A stretch of 64,000 nucleotides of DNA from a virus. Below are positions 9,609-19,046 of this stretch, in pieces (position 1 is the first letter of the stretch; the number at the start of each line of letters is the position of its first letter). The stretch lies in IMG/VR virus record IMGVR_UViG_3300045977_000336, positions 14,419 through 78,418 of that record; one strand, 5' to 3'. Position numbers and translations under genes: made by a program. Under the pieces are notes generated by a model, which was given only the letters and a program-made list of their open reading frames with translations, was not told the DNA's origin and did no database searches.

Positions 9609-11633
9609 TTACGTCGCGATGATGCGGATCGACGTGTTAGCCGGATGCGTGCCGGGTTGCGGCGTCACCGTCACACGCGCGGCGGCTGAGGCGGGCACGA
9701 CGCTGTGCTGAAACGTATAAGTCACAGGCGGCTGCGCGGCGGCGAAGCGCGTCTCGATCGACGTGTTGGCTGTCAGGTTGAACTGGTAATCTTTGTCACG
9801 GCTGATCAACGCGCCCGTGGCTTTGTTGTAGTGCCCGTCGAACACGAGGTCGGGCGGCGGCAGCGTCGGCACGTAGTCTTTCAGGCCGCGCGGAATGTCC
9901 TGCCGTGTGACCCATTCCTCCCCGCTGCTGGCGAAGGCGTCGCCTTGCAGCGTGAAAAAGAACACGCCTGCCACATACGGTTCGAGCGTCGTGGCATACT
10001 GCCCATAGAGCAACCCCACCTCGCGCGGCGTGCACGTGTAGAACTTGAGCGACGCTTCGGTGATCCAAATCTTTTGCGTGCCCGTCAGGCGCGGCTGAAA
10101 GCGCCGATAGTAGCGCAGTTCGTCGTTGTTATCGACGTGCTCCAGCTTGCTGCCGTAGGCGTGCGCGCCGATGCCGTCGCAGGCGGCATACACGCCGCCG
10201 CTGGCAAAGGCGTCATCCCACGTCGGCGTGGTGGCGTTGGGCGACAAGCCCGGCGAGATGATCTTCAACGCCGGATGATTCTGGCGCAGGATTTGAATGA
10301 CGGACTTCGACCACGTGACGAAGGTACTGACACCCCACTTCCATTCGTCGCTGAGGTTGACTTCGTTCAAAAATTCCAGCCAGAAGATTTGATCGGCCAG
10401 CATTTCCAGCACGGGCGTGCGGCAGACTTGATTATAGAAATCCTGCGCGGTCGGCAGTGTGCTGATATTGCCGACGTCCCAGTACAAGCGGTTAATGCAA
10501 TTGGCCGCAGGCACGCCGAGGTTGACCAGCGCGCCGTGATTGTTCCGCGCATCCGACGTGAGGAACTTGTAGCCGTTCAAGCGCGGCATGGCGAGTTGAA
10601 TCGTCGCTTTATCGAGCGCGGTGAGATCCCCGCCGTTCGAACGTGAATTGACCCCAATGATCTGCGCCACGGATTGGCCTCCTGTGCGTTGAATTTCGCT
10701 CGCCACCTGTGCGTAAGCGGTCACGGCATCGGACGTGAAATCACTCTCGGCCCCTTCGCTCAATTGGAACGCGCTCGCCCATAACACATAGTCATCCCTG
10801 ACGATCTCTTGCCCGTACCATTGCGCGTCAGCCATTTGCGCAGGCACGTCGCCGGTCGCTTCAAAGCCGTTGCCCCACCAGAATTCGCTGAGCACGAACG
10901 GCACGCGGCAGTCAACGGGCAGCGCGGCGTAGATCTCGCGGTAATACAGCGCGCCGCTGCTGGGGCTAGTGCGCAGCGCGCCTTCGATGCCGTAGGCGTG
11001 GCAGTCGAAGATATCGCCATGTTTCTTGGCCGCTTGCAGCATCGGGTACAGGTGTGGCAGCACGTCGAGTTTCGGCCCGCCCGACGCGAAAGACCCAATA
11101 CACAGCCGCGCGCCGTGCTCATGCGCAATATCCTGCGCGCGGCACGTCCACGCATTCATCCAATCGGCCTTAGCGAAGCGATCGTCGCCTTCTCCCAGGT
11201 CCCATTCGTTGTACGGCGCATACCACGTCTCTTGCGACAGCAGCCAGTATTCGGTCAGATTGAGATTCGCGCCTCGCGCCGTGTACGGAATATGCAGCTG
11301 TTGCAAGACGCGCTCAAGCAGTAGCCGGGCGCGCTCGCTTAAATTCTGAGGTTTGTCCAGCGGCACGAAGATGCGCTTCTCCAGCAGCTCGTAATTGGCC
11401 GACGCGATCGGGTCCTCCTTCTCAAAATACCGATCGACTCCGCACGCGTCGGGCAGGCGACCCCACACATCGTTCTGAATGCGCAGCACCGTCAGCACGT
11501 TGGGATACAGTTCGCGCACGCGCTGATTGAGGCAGTACAACCCGGTCGGCTGCGCCTCGTTGACGAAGTCGCCGAGGCCGGTCGGCTTCAATCCGATCAT
11601 GAACGACAGCGGGCTGGTCATCGAGATGGACAC
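9609..11633 (-). CDS. Tandem double glycoside hydrolase (clan GH-A-like TIM barrels)
   Basis: Two repeats of NE (YNEWD; LNEVN), HAYG and nucleophile strand (LSEF; ITEAS). Confidence 0.7.
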   Translation of the reverse strand: MSISMTSPLSFMIGLKPTGLGDFVNEAQPTGLYCLNQRVRELYPNVLTVLRIQNDVWGRLPDACGVDRYFEKEDPIASANYELLEKRIFVPLDKPQNLSERARLLLERVLQQLHIPYTARGANLNLTEYWLLSQETWYAPYNEWDLGEGDDRFAKADWMNAWTCRAQDIAHEHGARLCIGSFASGGPKLDVLPHLYPMLQAAKKHGDIFDCHAYGIEGALRTSPSSGALYYREIYAALPVDCRVPFVLSEFWWGNGFEATGDVPAQMADAQWYGQEIVRDDYVLWASAFQLSEGAESDFTSDAVTAYAQVASEIQRTGGQSVAQIIGVNSRSNGGDLTALDKATIQLAMPRLNGYKFLTSDARNNHGALVNLGVPAANCINRLYWDVGNISTLPTAQDFYNQVCRTPVLEMLADQIFWLEFLNEVNLSDEWKWGVSTFVTWSKSVIQILRQNHPALKIISPGLSPNATTPTWDDAFASGGVYAACDGIGAHAYGSKLEHVDNNDELRYYRRFQPRLTGTQKIWITEASLKFYTCTPREVGLLYGQYATTLEPYVAGVFFFTLQGDAFASSGEEWVTRQDIPRGLKDYVPTLPPPDLVFDGHYNKATGALISRDKDYQFNLTANTSIETRFAAAQPPVTYTFQHSVVPASAAARVTVTPQPGTHPANTSIRIIAT

Positions 11634-11652
11634 CTGTTGCGAGCAGTGCTCG

Positions 11653-11997
11653 TCAAATACTAGAGGGCGGCGGCGGCGCAGGCAATGTTTCAGGCGCTTC
11701 GTCCGCCACTGGCGTCTCGGCCGCCACTGGCGCCGCCTCCGTCTTCAGCAGCCAGCCGTTGATCTTCCGCCCCTTGTGTTCGACCTCAACAAAAATCCAT
11801 GCGTCTGCTTCGCTCAATTGCAGCAGTTCTGCGCCGGCCGCAAGATGCTCCAGGACGCGTGCATACTGCGCCGGCGTGACGCGCAGCCTCGCATCCGGCG
11901 CGCTGACCCGCCATTTGCCCCTCGTGGAATGAATGTTATGAATGGCCTCCTGTTTCGATTTGCGCGGCTGGTGCGTTGAGTTGCCCGTGCGAGACAT
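11653..11997 (-). CDS. SH3b-like cell-wall-binding domain protein
   Basis: ARLRVTPAQYARVLEHL..WIFVEV...GWL pattern; start uncertain. Confidence 0.55.
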   Translation of the reverse strand: MSRTGNSTHQPRKSKQEAIHNIHSTRGKWRVSAPDARLRVTPAQYARVLEHLAAGAELLQLSEADAWIFVEVEHKGRKINGWLLKTEAAPVAAETPVADEAPETLPAPPPPSSI

Positions 11998-12172
11998 ACG
12001 CGCCGCGCCTGACGTTTTCAAAACACGCCTCGCACAACGATACAACGTGGCTAACGTCAATGACGCTCTCAAGCGTGATGCCGATCTTGACCGTAAAGAC
12101 GAACTCGCGCGTGGCAGGATTGAGACATTGCTGCCCGTCTCTTTGCACAGCGCATTGCTTGACCGCATTCAT
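11936..12172 (-). CDS. Small Cys-containing hypothetical protein
   Basis: MNAVKQC...C...CEAC with AAGGGA RBS. Confidence 0.5.
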   Translation of the reverse strand: MNAVKQCAVQRDGQQCLNPATREFVFTVKIGITLESVIDVSHVVSLCEACFENVRRGAYVSHGQLNAPAAQIETGGHS

Positions 12173-12211
12173 CTTGGCTTCCCTTCTCGCGAAGCGTGTC
12201 CCGCAGGGACA

Positions 12212-12304
12212 CGTCACCCTGTCACGCGAAGCGTGTCACACTGTCACATTGTCATCCCTTCACCTTGTCACCCCGTCACCCCGTCACCCCGTCACCCTGT
12301 CATC
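12212..12304. repeat. Degenerate 8-bp tandem repeat (YTGTCACC)n; also at 17645-17684, 17993-18047 and 18386-18416
   Basis: Directly visible, e.g. ccttgtcaccccgtcaccccgtcaccccgtcaccctgtcatc. Confidence 0.85.
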
Positions 12305-12664
12305 AACCTCGCGCAGGTAAATAACGTGCGACCAGAAAATCAAGCGTCCCTCCTCGCACGGCTCGCGCGGCGTGGACCAGCGGTAATCGCGCGTCCGCAC
12401 GCGGGCAATAAACGAAGTGCGATCGGCGCGCTGGCAAATATACTGCGCATCGGGCAGCGCCTTCCCCGGCTCGTGGCGCAACCGGTCGGAACGTTTGACC
12501 ACCAGATCGGCCGATTCGCGCGCCACCAGGTCGAACACGCTCAAGCGCAGCATGGCCTCGCACGACGGGTAACGAAACAATTCGCGCAGCGCATCGTTGA
12601 CACGCCGCACAGTGATGCCGTCGTGCAAAAGAACGGCTTGACCGATCGTGTCGAACATGCGCAC
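12284..12664 (-). CDS. Stand-alone PAS domain protein
   Basis: MFDTIGQAVLLHDG..VNDALRELFRY..LSVFDLVARE..CQRADRTSFIARV matches the PAS pattern; GTG start with AAGGAC RBS. Confidence 0.7.
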   Translation of the reverse strand: MRMFDTIGQAVLLHDGITVRRVNDALRELFRYPSCEAMLRLSVFDLVARESADLVVKRSDRLRHEPGKALPDAQYICQRADRTSFIARVRTRDYRWSTPREPCEEGRLIFWSHVIYLREVDDRVTG

Positions 12665-12682
12665 GGCGAACCGTCCTTGAAA

Positions 12683-14167
12683 TCACGCTGTCCCTTTCTG
12701 CGCATCGTCGGGCGCGTCATCGGAAGCGGCGGGCGGCAAGTCGATGACACCCTGTCCGCCACGGTAATGCGCCAACACGTCGGCCACCACGGCGATCGCG
12801 CTCACAAATTCGGCGAATTGAATCTTCTGCGCCGTAACAGGATTGGTCGTCTCGCCGATCAACAGTTGCATGGCTTGTGCTTGCGATGGAGTTAGCGCGG
12901 GTGCGTCTTTATCTTGCGGCGCAGGCATGCCCGCGCCGCCGACCGGCACCAGGTTCGCCGGTGCCCACCAGACATCTCCCCACGGTTGTTTTTTCAACCC
13001 GTGATTTTCGTTGTATTCGTTGATCGTCACGTGGCCGCCCGCGATGCGTTCCTTGTCGCGCTTCCATTCCGCATCAGCCGCCTCTTGCAGTTCGGCCACA
13101 CCGCTGTAGTCGGTGAAGAGCTCCTCGTTGTCGGCCAGCAAACCGAGCCGCCGAAAGTCCTTGGTCAGTTTGCCGTCGCGAAAGCCCAGTAGCGGCTTGA
13201 TCGTCAGCGAATACAAAGCCACGATCGCGGCCGTGCGCTTCACCTCGTTGTCGTAGGTATCGTTGCCGAAGCCCGCCAAAATATCAGGCACGCCCAATCC
13301 GCCCGCGATCTCGTCCCGTGAGAACTTGCGTAGCTCCAGTTCGCCCAGGTCCTTCGGTCGAAACGACAAGATCTTGATGTCCGTAATACCTTCTTCCAGC
13401 GCGATGACCTTGCCCGCGTTCTGAACACCGCCATGCTTCTGGTAAATCTTCTTCTCGATGTCTTCGCGCTCGCCGCGCGTCGTGCCCTGCGGGGCCACCA
13501 CGGCGTAGTCCGGGCGCGCATTGTTCACAAATAGAAATTTTTCCCAGGCCTGCGCGAAGACGTCGATCGCAATCGACATGCGCAGCGCCAGCAGCGGGCC
13601 GACGCCCCGCCACGGGTTGCGCGGATTGAAGAACTTATAATGCATGAACTCGTCCGGGTTCAGTGAGTACGGCTCGCCTTGCTTGTCGTCGATCTCATAA
13701 TGATCCACCACGTAGTATCGCTTCAACTTGGGATCCGGCATCACACCGAAAACGTGCGGCTGGCGCGGCCAGATCTCGCCGATGCGCCCGTGTCCGTTGT
13801 GGACCAGTTCCCAACCCTCCTCGCCGCCCAGCAGCATATCGGTGCACCACCAGCGCCACAGTTCTGCCGCCGAGTGCTGCTCGTTGGGATTATTGAGCAG
13901 TTTCAGCGCATCATGCTTATCGATGCGTTGAGCGCCGCGCTGCACGTACAATGGCAGCGGCGCGGCATTGTCGCAAATGATCTTCACGCCCTTCATCACC
14001 CACACGTGATTCTCATTGGCCACCAGCGCATCGAGGTACGAATACGGCGCCAGCATCTGGGCATCCGAGCGCACCGACATCAAGTGCTCGCGCGTCGTCG
14101 TCTCAGGATGCTGCGCCGCCAGGTCTTTACCCCGTGCCCGCGCCGAAATGCGTTGAAAAATATTCAC
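12683..14167 (-). CDS. Portal protein, HK97 family
   Basis: AAPLPL, LLNNPNEQHS, FNPRNPWRGVGPL, NNARP and TINEY motifs. Confidence 0.92.
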   Translation of the reverse strand: MNIFQRISARARGKDLAAQHPETTTREHLMSVRSDAQMLAPYSYLDALVANENHVWVMKGVKIICDNAAPLPLYVQRGAQRIDKHDALKLLNNPNEQHSAAELWRWWCTDMLLGGEEGWELVHNGHGRIGEIWPRQPHVFGVMPDPKLKRYYVVDHYEIDDKQGEPYSLNPDEFMHYKFFNPRNPWRGVGPLLALRMSIAIDVFAQAWEKFLFVNNARPDYAVVAPQGTTRGEREDIEKKIYQKHGGVQNAGKVIALEEGITDIKILSFRPKDLGELELRKFSRDEIAGGLGVPDILAGFGNDTYDNEVKRTAAIVALYSLTIKPLLGFRDGKLTKDFRRLGLLADNEELFTDYSGVAELQEAADAEWKRDKERIAGGHVTINEYNENHGLKKQPWGDVWWAPANLVPVGGAGMPAPQDKDAPALTPSQAQAMQLLIGETTNPVTAQKIQFAEFVSAIAVVADVLAHYRGGQGVIDLPPAASDDAPDDAQKGTA

Positions 14168-14225
14168 GTCGCACCGTCCTTAATTACCAATCCCTAATCC
14201 GCGAAGCGTCTCCCAACCTCTCTCT

Positions 14226-14450
14226 TCACCCATCGATGAGCCTCCGCCCATCCTGAAACCCCTCACGCGCCGCAATGACCATACGCCGTCCCACGGCAAA
14301 CAAAACGCCCACGGCGAAAGCCAGCACGATCGGCGCGAGCACCAGCGCGATCAAAATCGCCTCGCGCGCGATGATGCCGGCGCGCAGCAGGGCACGCCTG
14401 GCCAGCGGCAGCCATCGCACGCGCAGCAGCGCCATGCTTTGACGCATCAT
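14226..14450 (-). CDS. Small membrane protein
   Basis: Hydrophobic segment AILIALVLAPIVLAFAVGVLFAV. Confidence 0.5.
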   Translation of the reverse strand: MMRQSMALLRVRWLPLARRALLRAGIIAREAILIALVLAPIVLAFAVGVLFAVGRRMVIAAREGFQDGRRLIDG

Positions 14451-14998
14451 GGCAGCCTCGCCACCCACAGCCGCTGGCTCGCCAGCAAATCAACCGACGC
14501 CACCGGCTGCGTCTTAAAGAAATCCTGCACCGCCCCCTTGACCTCGCCGTAATCGTCGCCGCACACGATCCCGCCCGCCTTGACCTTCGGCACCCACGCC
14601 AGCAGATCCGCCGTCACCGCATCGTAACTGTGCTCGCCGTCGATATAGACCAGGTCCACCGCCGACACCTTAAACAGTCGTGCCACGGTCACGCTCTCGC
14701 CGTACAACGGCACCACGCGCCACCCGGACACGTTGGAATGCACGTGATCGAGAAACCGCATATACAGATCAAGCGGATCATCCACAGCCCCGCAGCCGTG
14801 CGACCCGCGCCAGTGATCCACGCAATACACGCGCCCGGCGCAGCCCTGCGCTAAGGCCAGCGCTGAATGGCCCAGCCACGAGCCAACCTCTACCACCGTA
14901 TCGAGTCCGTACACCAGCTCCGTCAAATGGCGCATCATCTCGGCCGGATGCCACCCCTCAGGCGCCTTGATCGTATTTGGATTCGTCATTGCTTGCAC
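14447..14998 (-). CDS. Class I SAM-dependent methyltransferase (Methyltransf_24-like)
   Basis: VEVGSWLGHS, VDHWRGS, YIDGEHSY and GGIVCGDDY motifs. Confidence 0.85.
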   Translation of the reverse strand: MQAMTNPNTIKAPEGWHPAEMMRHLTELVYGLDTVVEVGSWLGHSALALAQGCAGRVYCVDHWRGSHGCGAVDDPLDLYMRFLDHVHSNVSGWRVVPLYGESVTVARLFKVSAVDLVYIDGEHSYDAVTADLLAWVPKVKAGGIVCGDDYGEVKGAVQDFFKTQPVASVDLLASQRLWVARLP

Positions 14999-15068
14999 CT
15001 TCCTTCTCGTCTTCCCCTCTTCTTGTCTTCTTTGTCATGCTGTCACCCGCCGCGCTGTTCGCGGCGCG

Positions 15069-16550
15069 TCACCCCTTCGACCTCAACCAGGCCCACATGC
15101 GCAGCGCATCGCAGGCGTGATTATTCTCGTCGATGGGCTGCTCGTTGTCCCGCTTGCTGCTCTCGGCATCGGGATAAACATACCCCTCGGCCATTTCGGA
15201 AATGAGATTCCGGCAGCGCCGGTTGACGCGAATCGTTCGATACTCGTTGCCATCACACACCAGGCTTCTGACTAAGCGGATACCCTCCACGATCGGGTGC
15301 AGCGCGTGCCGGCTTGGAATATCCGCCTTGCGGAAGCGCCTGTGCAGCTGCGTCGCCTCATGCGATCCCACGGCGATCTCCGGCAGCCGCTTGGCCCGTC
15401 TAGACCAGCCTTTGGCCAGCGCCCCCGCGGCGTCGTCAGGTTCTTCGACGTCTTGCCCGCCCTCGTCTAGCCAGCGCCAACCGAACCGCTCACCACAGCG
15501 CTCGACCGCCTCCTCCACGCACACCTCCTCCAGATGCCGCCTGTGATACAACTCATCGAAGACCAAAATGCGCGTGCCTGTGCGCTGAATAAACAAAATC
15601 GCGCGCGGGTCGATGTAGCCGTCGTCGAACGCAATCTCGAAAGGCAACTCCAGGTCCGGCTCATCGTCGGTCAGATTCTCCTCGCCAAACGTGCCATACA
15701 CCAGGCCCGCGGCCCCGGCGCTCCACTGGGCCTCCAGCAGCACGTCGGCCTCTTCCTTGGTGAGCGAGTTGCGCCGGTTGCGCTCATACTCCGGATCGAG
15801 GTTCGCCGAGTTGTCGCGCGTCAGCAGCGTGATCACCAAAGCGTTGCGTTTGAACTCCTCAAACTCCCCGCCGGCGCTGGTATCGATCGGACCGAAATAC
15901 CGGTAGATCCACCCGCGCCCTAATTCGGGGGTGGTCGTCAGCCAGAGTTGGGGCGATTCTCCAGACGGCCCCGTAATGCGGATACGGCCGTCGAGCACCT
16001 TCAGCGCCGCCGGCCGCTTGGCTCGCCGGGCCTCGTCAAAGTGCGCAAAATTGACGTTCGGCCCTTCCCAGCTGCCGGGCTCCTCGATGCCCCCACAGTA
16101 CAGCGTCGAGATGCCGCCCAGCATATTGTAAAAGTGCAGTTCAAAGCCGTGCTGCGCTTCCCATGTCTCCGACAGGCGATAGCGGTCCTTTTCGACCACC
16201 GCCTCCGGAGGACACCAGCGCCGGAACTCCGGCCAGAGCGATTTCTTGAAGTGGGGCAGGTCCGGCGAGACCAGGATCCCGTTCATGCCCGCCCGCAGCC
16301 GATTGAGATCCTTGACGATCCCGAAAACGCTTTTCCCGCCGCCCTCGCCGCCCTTCGCCAGCATGTAGCGCGGCCTGTCGCAAGCCTGGGCGCTCTGTTC
16401 ATCCGCGTGATGCGGTTGATAGGCGCGCCCTGTGTCTCGATTGCGATACTCAGGCGGCCAGGCCTCAGCCTTGCTCGCCCGGGCTGTCTGCCGCCGGTGC
16501 GCGCGAAACGATAACTTGCCCTGCGGCGACAAGTATTGCTCGAGCCCCAT
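15069..16550 (-). CDS. terL: Terminase large subunit
   Basis: Walker A GGEGGGKS, Walker B FAHFDEA, TTTP coupling motif, nuclease DDGYIDP and NHACDALR. Confidence 0.92.
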   Translation of the reverse strand: MGLEQYLSPQGKLSFRAHRRQTARASKAEAWPPEYRNRDTGRAYQPHHADEQSAQACDRPRYMLAKGGEGGGKSVFGIVKDLNRLRAGMNGILVSPDLPHFKKSLWPEFRRWCPPEAVVEKDRYRLSETWEAQHGFELHFYNMLGGISTLYCGGIEEPGSWEGPNVNFAHFDEARRAKRPAALKVLDGRIRITGPSGESPQLWLTTTPELGRGWIYRYFGPIDTSAGGEFEEFKRNALVITLLTRDNSANLDPEYERNRRNSLTKEEADVLLEAQWSAGAAGLVYGTFGEENLTDDEPDLELPFEIAFDDGYIDPRAILFIQRTGTRILVFDELYHRRHLEEVCVEEAVERCGERFGWRWLDEGGQDVEEPDDAAGALAKGWSRRAKRLPEIAVGSHEATQLHRRFRKADIPSRHALHPIVEGIRLVRSLVCDGNEYRTIRVNRRCRNLISEMAEGYVYPDAESSKRDNEQPIDENNHACDALRMWAWLRSKG

Positions 16551-17151
16551 CCTCGCCCAACTCCGTGATCACTTCATCCGGCGTGATCACGCCGGACTTC
16601 ACCTGCTCAATAAGTTCGGACTGCCACGTCTCCAGTTTGACCCGCTCCGCAAATAGGCCGTGATACTTCCCGATTTGAACCAGCGCATCCTTGGCGTCGT
16701 ACAACTCAATCGAAACACCCTGCTTCGTCTTGCTGTACTTCTTCAGCAGGTGCAGTTTCCCAGCATCCTTGGCGCGCTTCAAATCCAGGCTGACCCCCTT
16801 GCCGCGCGGCATCAGAAAATCACCCAGGTCCGAAGTGGCCATCTCGCTCAGGCGGGCCAGCACCTCGTCGGCCGACAACTTCAGGCTCGTCAACCGCTGC
16901 TGAATGAGCGTCGCAACCTCTTGTTTTCTCTTGTTCTCGTACCCCGCCTGCTCCGGGTCTTTATAGCCGGCCCGGCGCGCGGCGTCGGTCGCGTTCCATG
17001 TCTTGAGGTATTCCTCCACGAACACGCGCTGCTTATCCGTCAATCCATCCGCATCGACCGTCTCGGGGGACGTCGCGCTTGCCTGCCGTCCAGCGCCCTT
17101 CACCGCGCGCGTTTTCTTGGAAGTCCGTTTCGTCGTGCGTGTTCTGCCCAT
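16465..17151 (-). CDS. terS: Terminase small subunit
   Basis: LTDKQRVFVEEYLKTWNATDAARRAGY HTH signature; adjacent to terL. Confidence 0.9.
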   Translation of the reverse strand: MGRTRTTKRTSKKTRAVKGAGRQASATSPETVDADGLTDKQRVFVEEYLKTWNATDAARRAGYKDPEQAGYENKRKQEVATLIQQRLTSLKLSADEVLARLSEMATSDLGDFLMPRGKGVSLDLKRAKDAGKLHLLKKYSKTKQGVSIELYDAKDALVQIGKYHGLFAERVKLETWQSELIEQVKSGVITPDEVITELGEDGARAILVAAGQVIVSRAPAADSPGEQG

Positions 17152-17215
17152 TCTATTTACTCATGCCCGCTCGCCTATTTACCCGTGTCCGGTGTTTCGA
17201 CTGGCGCGCCGCCAG

Positions 17216-17231
17216 TGTTTCCGTGGAAACA
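17216..17231. promoter_or_regulatory. parS-like palindrome, site 1
   Basis: TGTTTCCGTGGAAACA within CAGTGTTTCC-GT-GGAAACACTG, upstream of terS. Confidence 0.7.
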
Positions 17232-17400
17232 CTGCTCGCCAATTACTAATAACCAATTACTGATAACTGACGACTGACAACTGATAACGACCTCTCAACT
17301 CAAACTGCGCGCCGGCGCCAGATACGTATCGTAAATGCGCCAGTTGCGCCGCTGCCGCATGTGCAGCAGGAGGCGCGCCCGCAGGGCCTCTCTGAAAGCC

Positions 17401-17652
17401 TCAATCGGATCCATGGCGCCACAGCCTCAACTTTCTCAAGGTCCACCAACCCAATGCCGTCGCGATCACGCCCAAGCCCAACACCGCGCTCAGTCCGACG
17501 ATCACCACGCGCCCCAGGTCGGGCAACGCGCAGTCAAGCGCCGCGCATCCGGGCTCAGCCAGCACCAGCGGCGGAAAGATCGTTGACGCGTCAACACTGG
17601 GTGTCTCTTCCTGCCAATCTGGAATCGGAAACCACAGGTCGCTTCTTGTCAC
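17401..17652 (-). CDS. Small membrane protein
   Basis: C-terminal TM helix VVIVGLSAVLGLGVIATALGWW. Confidence 0.5.
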   Translation of the reverse strand: MTRSDLWFPIPDWQEETPSVDASTIFPPLVLAEPGCAALDCALPDLGRVVIVGLSAVLGLGVIATALGWWTLRKLRLWRHGSD

Positions 17653-17729
17653 CCTGTCACCCCTTCACACTGTCATCTTGTCACGCGCTGAATGTTGCTC
17701 ATTTTCCAATTTACCCGCTTACCCATCTA

Positions 17730-17999
17730 CTAACTCACCAGCCACAGCCCGCGCGGCACGGCAGCATCCCGCCCGATCAAACCGTCGCGCTCCAACCGAT
17801 CCAAGTGATACTTCACTAGACTTGTCGTCGTGATCCCGACGCCCTTTCCGATCTCGCGCAGCGTCGGCGGATAATGCCGCTCGGCTATAAACTGCTGGAT
17901 GTAATCCAGCACTGCCTGTCGCCGAGCCCCCAGCACCAGCGATGGAAGTGGCGTTGACGCGGCAACGGCTGACGCATTGTTGGTTGGCTCAACTGTCAT
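17730..17999 (-). CDS. LexA N-terminal DNA-binding-domain-only protein (copy 2)
   Basis: RRQAVLDYIQQFIAERHYPPTLREIGKGVGITTTSLVKYHLDRLERDGLIGRD..PRGL; no peptidase domain. Confidence 0.85.
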   Translation of the reverse strand: MTVEPTNNASAVAASTPLPSLVLGARRQAVLDYIQQFIAERHYPPTLREIGKGVGITTTSLVKYHLDRLERDGLIGRDAAVPRGLWLVS

Positions 18000-18159
18000 C
18001 TTGTCACCTTGTCATCCCTTCACCCTATCACCAGGTCACCCTGTCATCGTCCTGCTCGAGCACCGCTCCATCGCGCAGCGCCAGGCCGATAATCCTCAAC
18101 AGCAATATCGCGTAATATGCTCGAACCTCCGCGCTCATTCGACCTTCATCCTGAAGCCT

Positions 18160-18393
18160 TCACCCTGAGGCCTTCACCGTGAAATAGATCTTGCCGTCTT
18201 CATCCACCGCGAACAGTTTCCCCATCCGCTGCGTGATTTCTTCGGGTGTCGCGCTCGGCCCGTTCAGCGAATTCGACGGCGTCTCGTCCGCCTCAACCAC
18301 CCGCAGCGTCAGCACTCGATCTTCCCTGCGGCATTGCAGGCACGACTCCCGCTCGCAGCCGTCGCATCGCTCGTAGATCAACCAGTGTGTCAC
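18160..18393 (-). CDS. Small Zn-finger-like protein
   Basis: CDGC...CLQC. Confidence 0.45.
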   Translation of the reverse strand: MTHWLIYERCDGCERESCLQCRREDRVLTLRVVEADETPSNSLNGPSATPEEITQRMGKLFAVDEDGKIYFTVKASG

Positions 18394-18397
18394 CCTG

Positions 18398-19009
18398 TCA
18401 CCTTGTCACCCTGTCAATAGTCTCGGCCATAACCGGCACCTCCAGTACATACGCCGGTGCCAGCCCCGCCTCCGTCGCCTGCTTGACCAGCGCCGCCACC
18501 CCCACCGCCATGTCGAATAACTGTTGCTTCAGCGCGGTGTTCTCCTCGCGCAGCGTTTGCTGCGTCTGAGCGGCGAGTTTGAAAGCCGCCTTCACGTCGG
18601 CCAGTTCATCACGCAGCTTGGTCAACTGGCTGCGCAAATCCTCGGCGATCACGTCGGCCTTGCGCCGCATCTCCATTTCTCGATCGAGCCGGGTTTCATA
18701 GGCAGATAGCGCCGCCGCCTGCGCGTCGAGCCGATTCTGGAAAGCCCCCTGCTGCTCAGTGATGATGACCTTGAGATCGATAATCTGCTGATCCTGCAGC
18801 GCGACGATTCTTTCGGCGCTCTGGATCAGCGTCAACTGCGCCTCAGCCTCGGTCTTGCCGGCGTCGGCCTGGGTCTTGACCGCATCGACCTGTTGCCGTC
18901 GATCGTCGCGCCGGGCATTCGCGCGCGCGTTGAACGCATCGATCGCCGTCTTGCCCAGCGCGCCGATCCCGCCGCCCAGCAACAGCGGAACCAAATCATC
19001 AGGATTCAT
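18398..19009 (-). CDS. N-terminal membrane anchor plus coiled-coil protein (lysis cassette)
   Basis: LVPLLLGGGIGAL followed by a long heptad-rich region; follows the holin-like gene. Confidence 0.6.
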   Translation of the reverse strand: MNPDDLVPLLLGGGIGALGKTAIDAFNARANARRDDRRQQVDAVKTQADAGKTEAEAQLTLIQSAERIVALQDQQIIDLKVIITEQQGAFQNRLDAQAAALSAYETRLDREMEMRRKADVIAEDLRSQLTKLRDELADVKAAFKLAAQTQQTLREENTALKQQLFDMAVGVAALVKQATEAGLAPAYVLEVPVMAETIDRVTR

Positions 19010-19046
19010 CGCCCCCGCCCCAACACACACAACGGCGAGCCAGGTC

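Noticed and set aside
12212-18416. 8-mer repeat tracts as a CRISPR array
   Set aside because: Units are 8 bp, contiguous and degenerate, with no unique spacers and no cas genes
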